A program made the translations under genes and the position numbers. The notes below the pieces were generated by a model. The model was not told the origin of the DNA. It did no database searches and saw nothing but the letters and a program-made list of their open reading frames with translations. From contig NC_086107.1 in NCBI RefSeq assembly GCF_963921235.1, positions 50,592,001-50,656,000 of the forward strand: a stretch of 64,000 nt of DNA, written 5' to 3'. Positions within the stretch are counted from its first letter, which is position 1. Every line of letters starts with the position of its first letter. Shown piece by piece: positions 12,556 to 24,914 of the stretch. This DNA is from Mobula hypostoma (taxonomy: Eukaryota).

Positions 12556-15500
12556 GCAGAAATAGCTGGCTACATTGGGAAGATAGACATCTTTGATCAC
12601 ACAATAGATAACTGGATGATGTGTACTGAATGAATTGAACAGTATTTTAAAGCTAATGGATTAGCCGATAAGAAATGATTGCCAGTTTGCTGAGTGTAAT
12701 AATGGAAAAGCAAACAGTTTGCTTAGCAGTTTGACTGCTCCAACCAAACCAGCTGAAATAATGCATAATGAAATAATGCGAAGGTAATGCATAAACATTT
12801 AGAACAAAAAGCATTGTTGATTGCAGAACACCATAGGTTTCATAAGCAAAATGAAAAGAAAGGGGAGTCTAGTTTAGCTTATATGGCTGAATTGAACACA
12901 TTATCTGAGTATTGTCAGTACAGTGATGGGTTTAATGATGCACAGAGAGATTGTTTAGTTTTTGGAATCTTATAATAAATCATTCAAAAATGGCTTCTAA
13001 CTGAAACATTACTCACATTTAAAAGAACAGTTGAAAATCACTATCAATGGAAGCAGCAGGCAAAGACGCAATTGAGTTATAGTCACGAATGAAAGTGAGT
13101 GTGAACAAAATTGCAATGTCTAAACACAAACGTGCCTGGCCAAGCAAATCATGTTACCATTGTGGCAGGGTCTCACATACACCAGAGCAATGTAGGTTGA
13201 AAGGTGAAGCTAGCACAGAATGCAAAAAAGTACGACACATACAAAGAGCATTTTGGGCACACAAAAATAAATGAACTGCACAGCAAAGAGGGAAAAAAAT
13301 AAAAAGTCAAGTTGCAGTTCCAAAAAGAGAACTAATCTGCACGCTGTTGATGAAAATATGGTAATGATGAGAGTGACAAAGTACTGAGTAGCCCTGAGAT
13401 CAACAATGTGTAAAATAACAAGAAACAAGCAATATGGTTTACACCAGAAGTGAGCAGTAAATTAATTAAAATGGAACTGAACTCTGGTTCGACCATTTCA
13501 GTCAATCCACAAAATGAGGTTGAACAGCAGTTCAAAGATGCTGTTCAACTAAGAACTTATACTTGAGAAAAGATAACTGCTGTGGAAAAGACATTTGTAA
13601 CAATGATATACAACAACCAATAAGTCACATTGGCTTGAATGTAGTAAAAACAGGATGGCCAGAATTGTGGGGCCGTGATCAGCTGAGACAACTACAACTT
13701 GATTGGAGATCCATCCACCATTTGCATGCCATATACCCTGCAATACATTCAACTAACTGCAAATTAAGAAAGGTAATGGATGATACTACACCAGTGTTCA
13801 AGTATGTCATTGGAAAACTCAAACATATCAAGGGTAAAATAGTGTTCTGTGCTAAGTGAAAATGCCACACCCACATTTTACCATGCCCATCCGGTACTTT
13901 ATGCCATCCACTTTAAAGAAGCTTGTGAGCTAGATCACATGGAGGTGGAAGGAAGTCTTTCTAAAGTTGATTGGAGCCCATGGGCAATAGTAGTGGTCCC
14001 AGTAGCCAAAAGGGATGGATCTATCAGGTTCTGTGGTGATTTTAAGGTCACCATCAATCCAGTACTGTAAGTAGATCAATAGCCTTGCCCAGGATAAAGG
14101 ACATGGACAAAACACTTCAGTGAGGTAAACTTAGCTGAGGCCTACATGCATATGGAGAATGAAGAAGAGTCCAAAGTGTTTCTCAACATAAACACTTACA
14201 AAGGGCTTTATTTATAGAATAGGCTTCTTTTTGGAGTAGCATCTGCACCTGCACTCTGGCTGAAAGCTATGCACCACATTATGCAAGGCCGCTCAAGAAC
14301 TGAGCGTTACCTGGATGACAACATTGTTACCAGTAAGGATGATAAAGAATATCTCTAAAATCCCAAAAGAGTGCTAAAGAGATTAGAAGATTATGGGCTC
14401 AGATTATGATGCAGCAAGTGTGAATTCTTTAAACCAAGCATCACTTACTGTGGTCACACCATTGATGCACAAGTATTTCACAAGTGTGCTGAGAAAAGCT
14501 CACGTAATGGTGAATGCCCCAAGTCCAAGGGATGTATCATAGTTGCAATCTTTATTGAGATTTATCAATTACTCTAATAGCCTCCTGCCAAACTTGGCTG
14601 CTATGCTTCAACCCTTGAACTCACTACTACAGCTCAAGAAGATATGGCAATGGACAAATTATTGTGAGGTGGCTTTCCAAAAGACAAAGGAAATGATGAT
14701 GTCAGACATTGTACTCACACATTGACCCATATCGTCTGGTGAAGCTTACCTGTGATGCCTCGCCTTATGGTACAGGTGCAGTCATGTCACAATGTCACAG
14801 GTGTTCTACTAACAACAGCAGCACAAATCCAGTGATAGGCTCAGTTTCTTGGAGGACCCAATTACAAGACCAAACTAAGGAGGACAACTAATCATGGAAA
14901 TGCTGAAGAATTGTCCCACTTACAGTTGGAAGAAGACATTTACAAAAGAGGACACTCTTCTTGGCATATTCTCCCTAATGCAAATCTAATGTTTCCCGTT
15001 ACAACTAAGATAATCCAAAGGGAAATCAGAAAAGACCCCACACAGTCTCAGGTCTACATGGCAACCCAAAATTGCTGCAAGGTGCAGCAGAAATTCCAGT
15101 TCCTCGCTTTTTACCAGTGTGGGGATGAACTTGCCGTTGATGGGGGTTGCTTTAGGTATAGATTGAGAGTTGTTGTACCATCCAGACTGAGAGATGAAGT
15201 GTTGAAGGGGCAACATGCCGGTTGTCTAGGCATGGCCTCTGAAAGCATTGGCTCAAGGCTTTGTCTGGTGGCCTAGGATAGATCTGCAGATCAAGCAGCT
15301 TCCCATACACTGTTTGATATGCCAACACCAGCGCCTCTCCATTCCTGGGAATGGCCTGCATTACCCTGGTAGAGGACTCCTGAGGAGTTTGGCAGACCAT
15401 TCATGGGCACAGATTTCTTACAGTGTTCCCAACAGCCTTCACTACAGCCTCGCACACTGTTGATGTGTTCAGAAGTTTCTTCTCAAGAACTGGTGTTCCA

Positions 15501-16170
15501 TAACGGACCACAATTTGTTACAGAACAGTTTCCATCATTCCTGAAAATAAATGGAATAAGACATATTACTTCTGCACCATATCACCCCGCAAATGACTTG
15601 AGGGAAAGATTTGGTCCAGAGTCTGAAGAACACACTGCAAGCAGTGTCAGCAAAGCAAACTGCACTAGTACTGAATCAGAAGCTTGCCAAGCTCCTCCTT
15701 GAATATTGCAAATCAGCACACTCCACAACCAGTAACTGACTAGCTGTGCTGTTGCTGGATTGTCCCTTGCTCTCACAATTTGATCTTCTCAAACCCAATC
15801 AGTATGCAAGATAAACAGCTGAGGCAAATAGAAGTTCCTCAAATAAGGAGGCTTGGTGTTTCTCTCCTGGCTTGCTCGTTGAATAATCTTCTGTTAAAGG
15901 AGTTGTTGTTCACATTGGCACCAATGACACCATACAGCAGCAATCTGAGCTGTTAAAACTGATTTTTTCCCTGTCCTTTTCAATTCCTAAAAGTCAGTGA
16001 TAAGGATATTTCTATCCCTGGTCCCATTCCCACTTTAGGCCGAGGTTCAGGGTGTTTTAGTAGGCTTCTCACTATACATGAATGGCTGCGGGATCAATGT
16101 AAAATACAGAATTTTAGTTTTATTGGTAACTTTAATTTATTCTGGGAATAATTTGTCTCATGATCTTGTG

Positions 16171-16318
16171 TATCTAATTAGTCAGGGTATCAATGGATAT
16201 GAGGAAAAAGCCGTAAATTGGAACTAGATGGGAGAATAGTTTAGCTCATGGTGGAGTGGCGGAGCAGACTCGATGGGCTGAATGGCCTACTTCTGCTCCT
16301 TTGTCTTGTGATCTTGTG
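16171..16318 (+). mobile_element. Short CR1 3'-end insertion inside the L2
   Basis: CR1 3' UTR (GACTCGATGGGCTGAATGGCCTACTTCTGCTCC) with (TCTTGTGA)n tail. TGATCTTGTG is duplicated at 16161-16170 and 16309-16318. Confidence 0.8.
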
Positions 16319-18762
16319 AGTGCTCAGCATTCTTTAAAAAAGACAGCCTCCACTCAGATTGACTGTGTTTGTAGATGTTATCCGCTAACATTTCTCATTG
16401 CACTTTTTTTGAGCCCACGTGTGCGGCTAAGATCTGATAGCAGAGCGGAATCTGCTGTTTTCCCTGTTTTTCCCGTGACCTCCAATATTCCTGTTTTGAT
16501 AAGAAATAGAGTTTAAAAAGTGCCTTCAGCTCACACTGCAAACTTACAGAGCTTGATAACTATCCCATGTCAGCCAAAGTCAAATCCAGAAGATGCTTTT
16601 AACACATTAAACCTAGCCTTACTAAATGTTAGGTCTTTGGCTGGCAAATTACTTACAATTAAAGACTTAATTATCAGGCACAGGCTTTATTTTATATTTC
16701 TGCCAGATATTTGTCTAGACCAAAACATCAGTGCAGAAGTTCTTATTGAATCTGCTCCTCCTAATTTCAGTTTTTTAAATGAGAGCAGGATGAAGAAATG
16801 AGGGGAATGATAGCCGTTCTGTTTAATAATTTTTATCAGTGCAAACAGATATCACATGGAACATTTGCATCTTTTGAATATCTTGCTTTTCAGTTGAAAT
16901 CCTCCTGTTGTGCCTTATTTTTAACTATATACAGGCCACCAAAATATTGTACAATTTTTTGATGACTTCGCTGAACTATGCCTATTGTTTGCATTGATTT
17001 TGACTGGGTAGTCATTGTTGGTGATTTTAAGATTGATGTTGATAATTCCAAGGACAGTAGTGCTAATAAACCTAAGTAATTATGGCCTGACACAGGGCTC
17101 ACACACAGCAAGGGCCACACGCTTGACCTAGTCATTCCCAAAGGTCTTAACACTTCTGAGATTGTGGTAACCGATGTTGCTCTTTCACGTAATTTCTGTG
17201 TTTTCTTTAAAATTACTAGGTTTCTATCCACTAGAGCTCAAACTGAGGTAATCACAAAATGGTATATCACTAAAAACACCAAGATATTATTCACTCAGGC
17301 CTTTTCTCCCACACCTGCCTTCTCTCTGGCCTCTGTCAATAATCTTGTAGACCATCTGAACTCTAAAATTACAGATGCCATTGATGCATCTACAATGTAG
17401 AAGTAGCTTCTGGGAAGAAAGAAGCACCATGGAGAACCACCTTGCTGGTTAAACTCCAAACAAGAGAATTTCGAAAAGCTGATCACTGGCGGCAGAAGAA
17501 AAAACTCCAAGTCCATTCTGACATTTATTAAGAAACTCTTCACATTTATAATTTAGAGTTGAGATGTGCAAGGCAATCCTTCTTCTCTGATATTATAAAC
17601 AAAAAGAGCAATAATTCATGTGCCATATTTGCTACAGTTGATAGGCTGACACATTCTTCTATATCAGTAGAACCTGAACTATCTACAAAGTTAGTTAATG
17701 ACCTTGCGTTCATTTTTACCGACAAAATTCAGCAGATTAGATATGCTGTCAGTGTCTCTGTATCACGTCAGAAGCCTGTGTCATCCTTTCAGTAAATTAG
17801 AACTAATTTGGTTAAGATGACAACTCTAAACTATTGATGTAAAACTTTAGAAGAAATTGTGCTACACCTGAAATCCTCCTCCTGTTCCCTTGACATTTTA
17901 CCCACAAGCTTTTTTAAAAATGTCTTTAGTTGCATGGCATCAGCCATCCTGCAAATAGTCAACATTTTCCTTTTATCAGGCTGCTTCCCAAAAGCCCTGA
18001 AAACTGCAGCTATTAAGCCTCTTTTGAAAAAGAACAACCTAGATGCCTCAGTAATTAGTAATGACAGGCCTATATCAAACTTACCATGTTTAAGTAAAAT
18101 CATTGAAAGATTGTTTATCAGCAACTTAACAGCTTCTTGGCACTAAGTAGCTGTATGGATGTTTCCCAGTCTGGATTTCAACAGCACCATATCACGGAGA
18201 CTGCTCTGGTCGAGGTTTTAAATGGCACCCATTTAAACCATGATGATGATAAAATTTCACTTTTGGTTTTACAGGATCTCAGTGCTGTTTTTGACACAGT
18301 TGAATATGGCATATTACTGGACAGACTGGAAGACTGAGTCAGACTTTCCGGTACAGTCCTAAAGTGGTTTAAAGCATATTAAAATCCTACTTACTGGACA
18401 GCGACTATTTAGTATCGATTGGTAGCTGCATATCTGACCGAACAAAAATAACATGAGGAGTGCCTCAAGGGTCCACACTAGGGCCTCTTCTGTTTAACGT
18501 ATACATGCTCCCTCCAGCTCAAACCATGGTCAGCAACAAAATATCTTACCTTAATTATGCGTGTCATCAACTGACTATGGTCCCATACAATCACTAAAAA
18601 GCTATATTGAACAAATCACTGATTGGATGTGTCAAAATTTCCTCCAGTTAAACAAAGAGAAAACTGAAATAATTGTTTTGTGCCAAAAAAGAACAATTAA
18701 AAGTGAGTGCTCATGTAGAATCCCTGTCGTTACAGACTACAAACCAAGCCAGAAACCTTGGT

Positions 18763-18997
18763 TTTTTAAAAACGCAAACAAGAGGAATTCTGCAGATGCT
18801 GGAAATTCAAGCAACGCACATCAAAGTTGTTGGTGAATGCAGCAGGCCAGGCAGCATCTCTAGGAAGAGGTACAGTCGACGTTTCAGGCCAAGACCCTTC
18901 GTCAGGACACGAGGGTCTCGGCCTGAAACGTCGACTGTACCTCTTCCTAGAGATGCTGCCTGGCCTGCTGCGTTCACCAGCAACTTTGATGTGTGTT
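18763..18997. mobile_element. Penelope-derived mini inverted-repeat (hairpin) insertion inside the L2
   Basis: Two opposite-orientation copies of the Penelope 3' terminus. Flanked by GCCAG(A/T)AACCTTGGT at 18748-18762 and 18998-19012. Confidence 0.88.
18873..18908 (-). ncRNA. Minimal type I hammerhead ribozyme (intact core)
   Basis: Minus strand GTC-CTGACGA-AGG GTCTTGG CCT-GAAAC-GTC^GAC. Confidence 0.75.
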
Positions 18998-20260
18998 GCC
19001 AGTAACCTTGGTGTTGTGATGGACTCAGACTTAAATTTTAACTGCTACATTAAGACAATTACAAAGTCAGCCTACTAACATCTTAAAAATATAGTGAGAA
19101 TTAAAGTGCTTTTGTCTCAGAAAGATCCAGAAAAACACATCCATGCATTTATGTTTATTACACTTGACTACTGTAATGGCATTTTCTGTCAAAAAAAGTT
19201 TCTCAGACAGCTGCAGCTCATTCAGAACGGTGCTGCTGGAGTCCTCACTAAGACCAAGAAGGTAGAACGTATCACTCCAGTTCTCAGATCACCACTCTGG
19301 CTTCCTGTCCATCAGAGGATTGTCTTTAAAATATTACTATTGGTGTATAAAGCACTGAATGGTCTCGGGCCAAAATACATCTCTGATCTCCTGCTGCATT
19401 ATGAACCTTCCTGAGCTCTCAGATCATCTGGGGCGGGTCTGCCTACCGTCCTCAGGGTCAAAACTAAACATGGTGAAGCAGCTTTTAGTTACTATGCTCC
19501 ACATATCTGGACTAATCTTCCAGAGGATCTGAAGTCTGCCCCAACTTTAAGCTCTTTTAAATCGAAGCTTAAAACTTCCCTTTTTTTGCTGTAGTGTTTA
19601 ATTAGAATCTCCTGCACTTCTATTTATCATATCTATTTTTTGTGTGACTTTATTCTCTTATTGTCTGAAATTTGATGTTTGATTTTTATACCTCGTTCTA
19701 TGTAAAGTACTTTGAACTGCGTTGTGTTTGAAAAATGTTATACAAACAAACTTGCTTGCTTACAGAAATGATCAAAAGGGGATACTTGGAAAGATTAAGG
19801 ACAGAACTGGACCACACTCCTACACAGTGGAGATTGCGACTGGTGTTATCTGGGGATGACACACCCATCACTTGTGGAGAAAAGAGTCAATATTAGAGAA
19901 GAATGGTGCCGAGAGCTGCCAGATCCACTTCCAGCAGTGCCAAAGTCGACCTCTACAACTACCACAGAGAAGGCCCCGGAACCTAATATTGTTTCACAGC
20001 CACAAGTTTCACCTGCCAAGCAGAGTGACCAGCCCCCTTGTCAGGAAATATGTTATCCCACACAAATAAGAAATCCTCCACAGTGATTAAATCTTTAGGC
20101 CTGAATGGGACAATTTAAAATGTACTATGGTATGGATGTCTATAAAGTAGTTGTATTATATTGTACTGTGTATGTGAGATGACTAGAGAGTAATATGTTA
20201 GATATCTGAGTTCAAGTACATTCTATATTGAGTTGGAGTTTATAGCTAAGCAGGGAAGGG

Positions 20261-20488
20261 TACAGTATATTTCTTATTTCAGTAACATGAGTAATAGTGT
20301 AAATATATTTTTCAGTTGAGTATTCTTTATTTGCATAATTTTTCTATGGGTTATAGATAAGTAGAACATCAATAGCATACATCATTACGCACCACGCCAT
20401 ATGTGAACACCTCACCAAAAAAAACCAAATAGACCATTTCCCCGGCTCTTGTATTTTCCTTTTGGGTAGTTACTAGGGTTACGAAACA
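20261..20488 (+). repeat. 3' LTR of the Gypsy element
   Basis: Follows the polypurine tract, ends in AACA, and is homologous to 12115-12345. Confidence 0.8.
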
Positions 20489-20870
20489 GTATTTACCACA
20501 GAACATGAGAGTTATTGCAAATAATCAGGTTAATATTTATCCTTAAGATAGCATTGTGGTCTGTGAGAGCCTGCTTTGTTTAAAGTGGTTGCTTTGCTTC
20601 TCATGCTGCAGTGATGACTAGCTTCTAAAAATCTGTTTTAGTTATTGACCCCTATCAGACAGCACAAAAAATGCCATGAAAGCTACTATGTAAGTGTAAA
20701 TTCTCCTCCAAGAAAAATACACAACTCCCATGTTGAAACAGGGTAATATTAACATTATAATAATTCTCAAGTCTACTTCAAACCAGAATAGTCAAGGAAG
20801 AAAATGCCTGGTCTTCAAATTACACAACGGAATTCTACCTTCCCAACAGAAACAAATCCAGGTACACCAT

Positions 20871-21062
20871 GCAACACAGACAAAATGCTGGAGGAACTCT
20901 GCAGGCCAGGCAGCATTTATTGAAATGAATAAACAGTTGACATTTCAGGCTAAGATACTTCAGCCCTCCTGCTGAAGAGTCTTGGCCCAAAACATCGACT
21001 GTACTTATTTCCATAGATGCTGTCTGACCTGCTGAGTTCCTCCAGTCTTTTGTGTGTGTTGC
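20871..21062. mobile_element. Older Penelope-derived mini hairpin
   Basis: GCAACAC..CAGGCCAGGCAGCAT.. and its reverse complement ..ATGCTG.CTGACCTGC..GTGTGTTGC, with degenerate hammerhead remnants at the centre. Confidence 0.75.
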
Positions 21063-21619
21063 TTATAGTGGAGATTATATCTAACAGATAACAAGGGAAA
21101 GGCAAGTAGAATGAAGCCTAGGATATTACAGAAAACAATGTTGCACAGAAGTAGCATAACTGGGTTTGAAGAGGATCTAGCATCATACCAACAGAAATTG
21201 CTGAGCCATCTTTTCACTGAAATAAGCAGAGTTAACATTGTCAGCAAAGAGTACATATTCACAAATGCCAGCGCACGGTATCAATTGCAACAGTCCTGCC
21301 ATTAGTGGCTGACTCAAAAGAAAGGCCAAAGGTTTTTGATGATTGAAGTAAACTTATTGAGTACACTCGACATTTTAACAAAAGACATTAGGGTTCCATT
21401 AATCAAATTTTTGTCTCTTGAGGCAGCAGTGAAAATTGGACTAGAAAATGTGAGGCCTCTTTAGTGAAGTTGCTTAGCAAAGCAAACAAAGTTAATTATA
21501 ATGTATATCCTTTATTGAAGGCACTAAGTTCTCAACCAATAGCAAAGTATGTCAAAGCAATGTATCAAAAATCAAACTAAATGATACACTCAGTTCTCAC
21601 ACAAACACACAAACTGATG

Positions 21620-22770
21620 TATCAGGAGGAGGAATAGACCATTTGGCATCTCAAGCATGCTCTGCAATGTACTAACATCATGGCTGACTTGATTATGACT
21701 TCTAGTTTGCTTTTCCATCTACTAATGAACACTTTCCACAAATATATGGAACTTCAGGAAATTAGAAGCAATGCATCATTTATCACTCTAGTCACTTCAT
21801 TTAAGATATTGATCTTCTACCTGACTATTTTTAACTGCACTACCCCATATCCCTTAACTTTCAAAAATGCTAAGAAATCTGTTGATTCTGTTTTGAATTA
21901 ACAAGTGACTACAATTCTCCAGGTTAGAGGATTCCAGTAATTAATTACAGTCTGATGAAGAAATTTCTTCTCATGTCAGTCCAAAATGGCCTACCTCTTA
22001 CATTGAGACTGTAACCCCTATATCTTGACTCCACAGCCAAAATAATTACACCCAACCCATCTCCCCAATCTAGTTTGCTAATGAAATCTCCTCACATTCC
22101 ACTAGACTCTAGAAAATGAAGACCCAGGCAATTCAACCTAACGTCTTACAGGCTGGTTCCATGCAACGAATGTCTAACGTCCCTGGAACAAGACTATTGA
22201 ATCTTCGCTGCACACCCTAGGCAAATACATCCATTTTAAGGGGGGAATGAGGTCTCACACAGGGCTTTATGTAATCACTGTGAGATATCTTTACTCATGT
22301 TTTTAATTCCTTTCATGACAAAGCCAACTGTACCACTTACAAAACACATGTTGCATCTGCTTGCTGACCTCTATGATTTGCATACAAATGCACCTTGGTA
22401 CTTTTGAGCAACACAGTTTTCGAAAATACTCAGGATTTATTTTGTATGCCAAAGTAGACAACACTATTTTTTCCACAGTATATTGCATTTGTCATGTTTA
22501 TTTTCAGACATTCCTGTTTCTCTTCCTCTTAGACACTGCCATATAATTTAGCAAAATCGGCAAACTTGGAAATAGGACTTTTGTTCTCCTCAGACAAATT
22601 ACTGATAAAGTTAGGGCCCAAAAACTGATTCTATTCCTAGACTTCATTTTCTGTCCAGTAACCAATTTTCAATCATGCCAATGTCTTTCTCTCAACTCTT
22701 TAGTACAATAATGTTGTTGATAGATTCCCTCTGTGGGATCGTATCAGAAACCTTCTGAAAATCCAAATAA
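21620..22770 (-). mobile_element. Highly decayed CR1 LINE
   Basis: Scattered matches to the CR1 3' region on the minus strand (GAAGAAATTTCTTCTCATGTCAGTCC, TTGAGACTGTAACCCC, TTCTGAAAATCCAAATA). Confidence 0.55.
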
Positions 22771-22851
22771 GTCATATCATAAGATATAAGAGTAGAATTA
22801 GGCCATTTTGGCTCATCAGGTCTGCTCCATCATTTTATCCTTGCTCATCCA

Positions 22852-23526
22852 GGAGGAGAAGATGGCGGCGCGATGCAGGTCGCAGCGGCCACTCCAGTGG
22901 CTATATCTGTTGTCTGTCAAGTAGGGTGCCGTGCACAATCCTGATTTGATGGAGACAGACATGAGAGCACAGAGGAACATCTGGTGAAACTTCTGAAATG
23001 CCTGCTTCGCTGCCGCTGCGACTGTGTGATCCAGAATCTCCGGAGTGGAAGGCCCTGAGTCCTCGGCTTTGCTTGTTGCTCGGCGGCTGGGGCGGGGTTG
23101 AAGTGCTCGGCAGAAGATGGCGCTCGGTTCTTGGTGTCAAAGGGCTGGTCGGAGGCTCAAATTTTTTGGACAGACTCAGAGTCCGCTGCAGTCGGGTGCT
23201 TCCAATGCATCAGCAAGTGTGCGGCGCTTGGAGGTTCATGGCAGGGAGAGTTTCTTCCTTCTACCGTCTGCGTGAGATGATGGGGCTATCGGGACTTGAG
23301 ACTTTTTTTTTTACCGTGCCCATGGTCTGCTCTTTATCAAATTACGGTATTGCTTTGCACTGTTGTAACTATATGTTATAATTATGTGGTTTTGTCAGTT
23401 GTAGTCTTGGTTTGTCCTGTGTTTCTGTGATATCTTTCTGGAGGAGCATTGTAACATTTTTTAATGCATGCATTTCTAAATGACAATAAATGAGGACTGA
23501 GTGTCCTCGTAATCTAATCTAATCTA
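22852..23526 (+). mobile_element. Non-coding, non-tRNA SINE-like retroelement (GC-rich head, (AATCT)n tail)
   Basis: Cleanly interrupts a CR1 3' UTR. Begins GGAGGAGAAGATGGCGGCG and ends AATAAA + GAGGAC/GTCCTC hairpin + (AATCT)3. No RT motifs. Confidence 0.75.
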
Positions 23527-23909
23527 TTTTTTCTCTCAATCCCAGTCTTCTGCCTAAACCCCACCAGCCCATGCCTTGAACAATCAAGAATCTATCAACT
23601 TCTGCCTTAAATATACATAAAGACTTGGCCTCAACAGCTGTCTGTGGCAATGAATTCCACAGATTCACTACTTTCTGGTTAAAGAAATTCCTCCTCATCT
23701 CAATTCTGAAAGAGCGCACCTCTATTCTGAGGCTGTGACCTCTGGCCTTAGACACTCCCACCATAGAAACATCCTCTGCACATCCACTCTATCAAAGCCT
23801 TTCATCATTCAATAGGTTTCAATGAAGTTACCCTTCGCTCTTCTGAATTCCAGTGAATATAGGCCCAGAACCATCAAACTCTTCATTAACAAGCCATTCA
23901 ATCCTGTAA

Positions 23910-24033
23910 ACAACAGGAATTCTGCAGATGCTGGAAATTCAAGCAACATACATCAAAGTTGCTGGTGAACGCAGCAGGCCAAGCAGCATCTATAGGAAGA
24001 GGCGCAGTCGACGTTTCAGGCCGAGACCCTTCG
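23910..24033 (-). mobile_element. 124-bp Penelope 3'-terminal fragment
   Basis: Nearly identical to the reverse complement of ~29506-29630. Perfect 13-bp TSD TTCAATCCTGTAA (23897-23909, 24034-24046). Confidence 0.9.
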
Positions 24034-24071
24034 TTCAATCCTGTAATCATTTTTGTGAACCTCCTTTGAAA

Positions 24072-24662
24072 CGTTGAATATAGGAGTGGGACTGTAATGT
24101 GGAAGCTGTAATAGACACTGGTGAGGCATATTGTGTGCAGTCAAGGTCACCTACCTACAGGAAGATATCAATAAGATTGAAAAAGTACAGAGAAAATATA
24201 CAAGGATGTTGCTGGGACCTGAGTACCTATATTACAAGGAAAGGTTGAGTCGGTTAGGACTTTATTCCCTGGAGCGTAGGAGAAAGACAGGAAATTTTTT
24301 AGAGGCACACAGAATTATCAGGGGTATTGATAGGGTAAATGCATATAGGCTTTTTTTCGTACTGAGGTTGGGTGAGACCAGAACTAGGGGTCATAGGTTA
24401 AGGGTGAAAAATGTACTTAAAGGGAAGCTGAGAGGGAATTTCCAAACTCAGAAGATGGTATGACTTTGGCACAAGCTGCCAGCAAAAGCAGTGAATGTGA
24501 GTTCAATTGCAAAATTTAAGAGAGGTTTGTGTAAGTACACGGACAGGGGGGTATGGAGGGCTATGTTCCAGCTGTGAGGCAAAATAATAGTTCACCATGA
24601 ACCAGATAGGCCGAAGGGCCTGTTTCTGTGCTGTAATGCTCGATGACTCTATGATTCTATGA
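24072..24662 (+). mobile_element. CR1 LINE 3' fragment
   Basis: KVQRKYTRML..RLGLYSLERRR..TRTRGHRLRV; CR1 3' UTR with (ATGACTCT)n-like tail. Confidence 0.85.
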
Positions 24663-24914
24663 GAGTCATATAGAATACAGTTGATGTTGTCAAGGTACCC
24701 AAAAGGTGAACTTAAATTGATTTTCACTGAAAATGGTGACCAAGGACTGATACACCAGAGTGTGATTATGACGGAGAACGGAGATGAGAGGTAAATAAAA
24801 GCTTTGGGTGTGCTGCAGGCTAAGTGAAAACCTGTGCAAAGCAGTCTCCCAGTCTCCCTGTTGTCTGGTAAGATGCATCAAGAATAGTGAAAATTGTGAC
24901 CAACATGCTCGAAT

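Larger units (their letters stand above)
15871..19761 (+). mobile_element. L2-clade LINE, near full length (ORF1 SGNH-esterase remnant + APE-RT ORF2), decayed
   Basis: ORF1: VVVHIGTND, GPIPTLGRG, NFNLFWE. ORF2: LALLNVRSLAGK, IYRPPK, VGDF, GHTLDLV, RPISNLP, DLSAVFDTV, GVPQGSTLGP, LQLNKEKTE, LDYCNG, LQLIQNGAA. (CTTG)n tail. Confidence 0.9.
12115..20488 (+). mobile_element. Old full-length Gypsy (Ty3) LTR retrotransposon, decayed, interrupted by an L2 at 15871-19761
   Basis: Diverged LTR pair, PBS-like TGGCAATGAC (~12348), PPT AAGCAGGGAAGGG before 20261 and near-TSD GTAGT/GTATT. Gag (GYIGKIDIFD; zinc knuckle CYHCGRVSHTPEQC), protease (LIKMELNSGS), RT (SPWA, RFCGDFK, YLDD), RNase H (LTCDASPYGTGAV) and integrase (WWPRID, NGPQF, SAPYHPA), in Gypsy domain order. 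Confidence 0.9.
22780..24070 (-). mobile_element. CR1 LINE 3' fragment carrying two nested insertions
   Basis: ORF 23519-23764 (RGHSLRI..RRNFFNQKVVNLWNSLPQTAVEA) and a (CTTATAT)-like tail at ~22780. Interrupted at 22852-23526 and 23910-24033. Confidence 0.85.

Noticed and set aside
22879-23050. HDV-like ribozyme in the YY1-headed element
   Set aside because: Crossing helices exist, but I found no P3/L3, P1.1 or C-containing J4/2 in the required order.
22998-23381. 127-aa ORF as a host gene
   Set aside because: It lies wholly inside a retroelement insertion and shows no domain signature.
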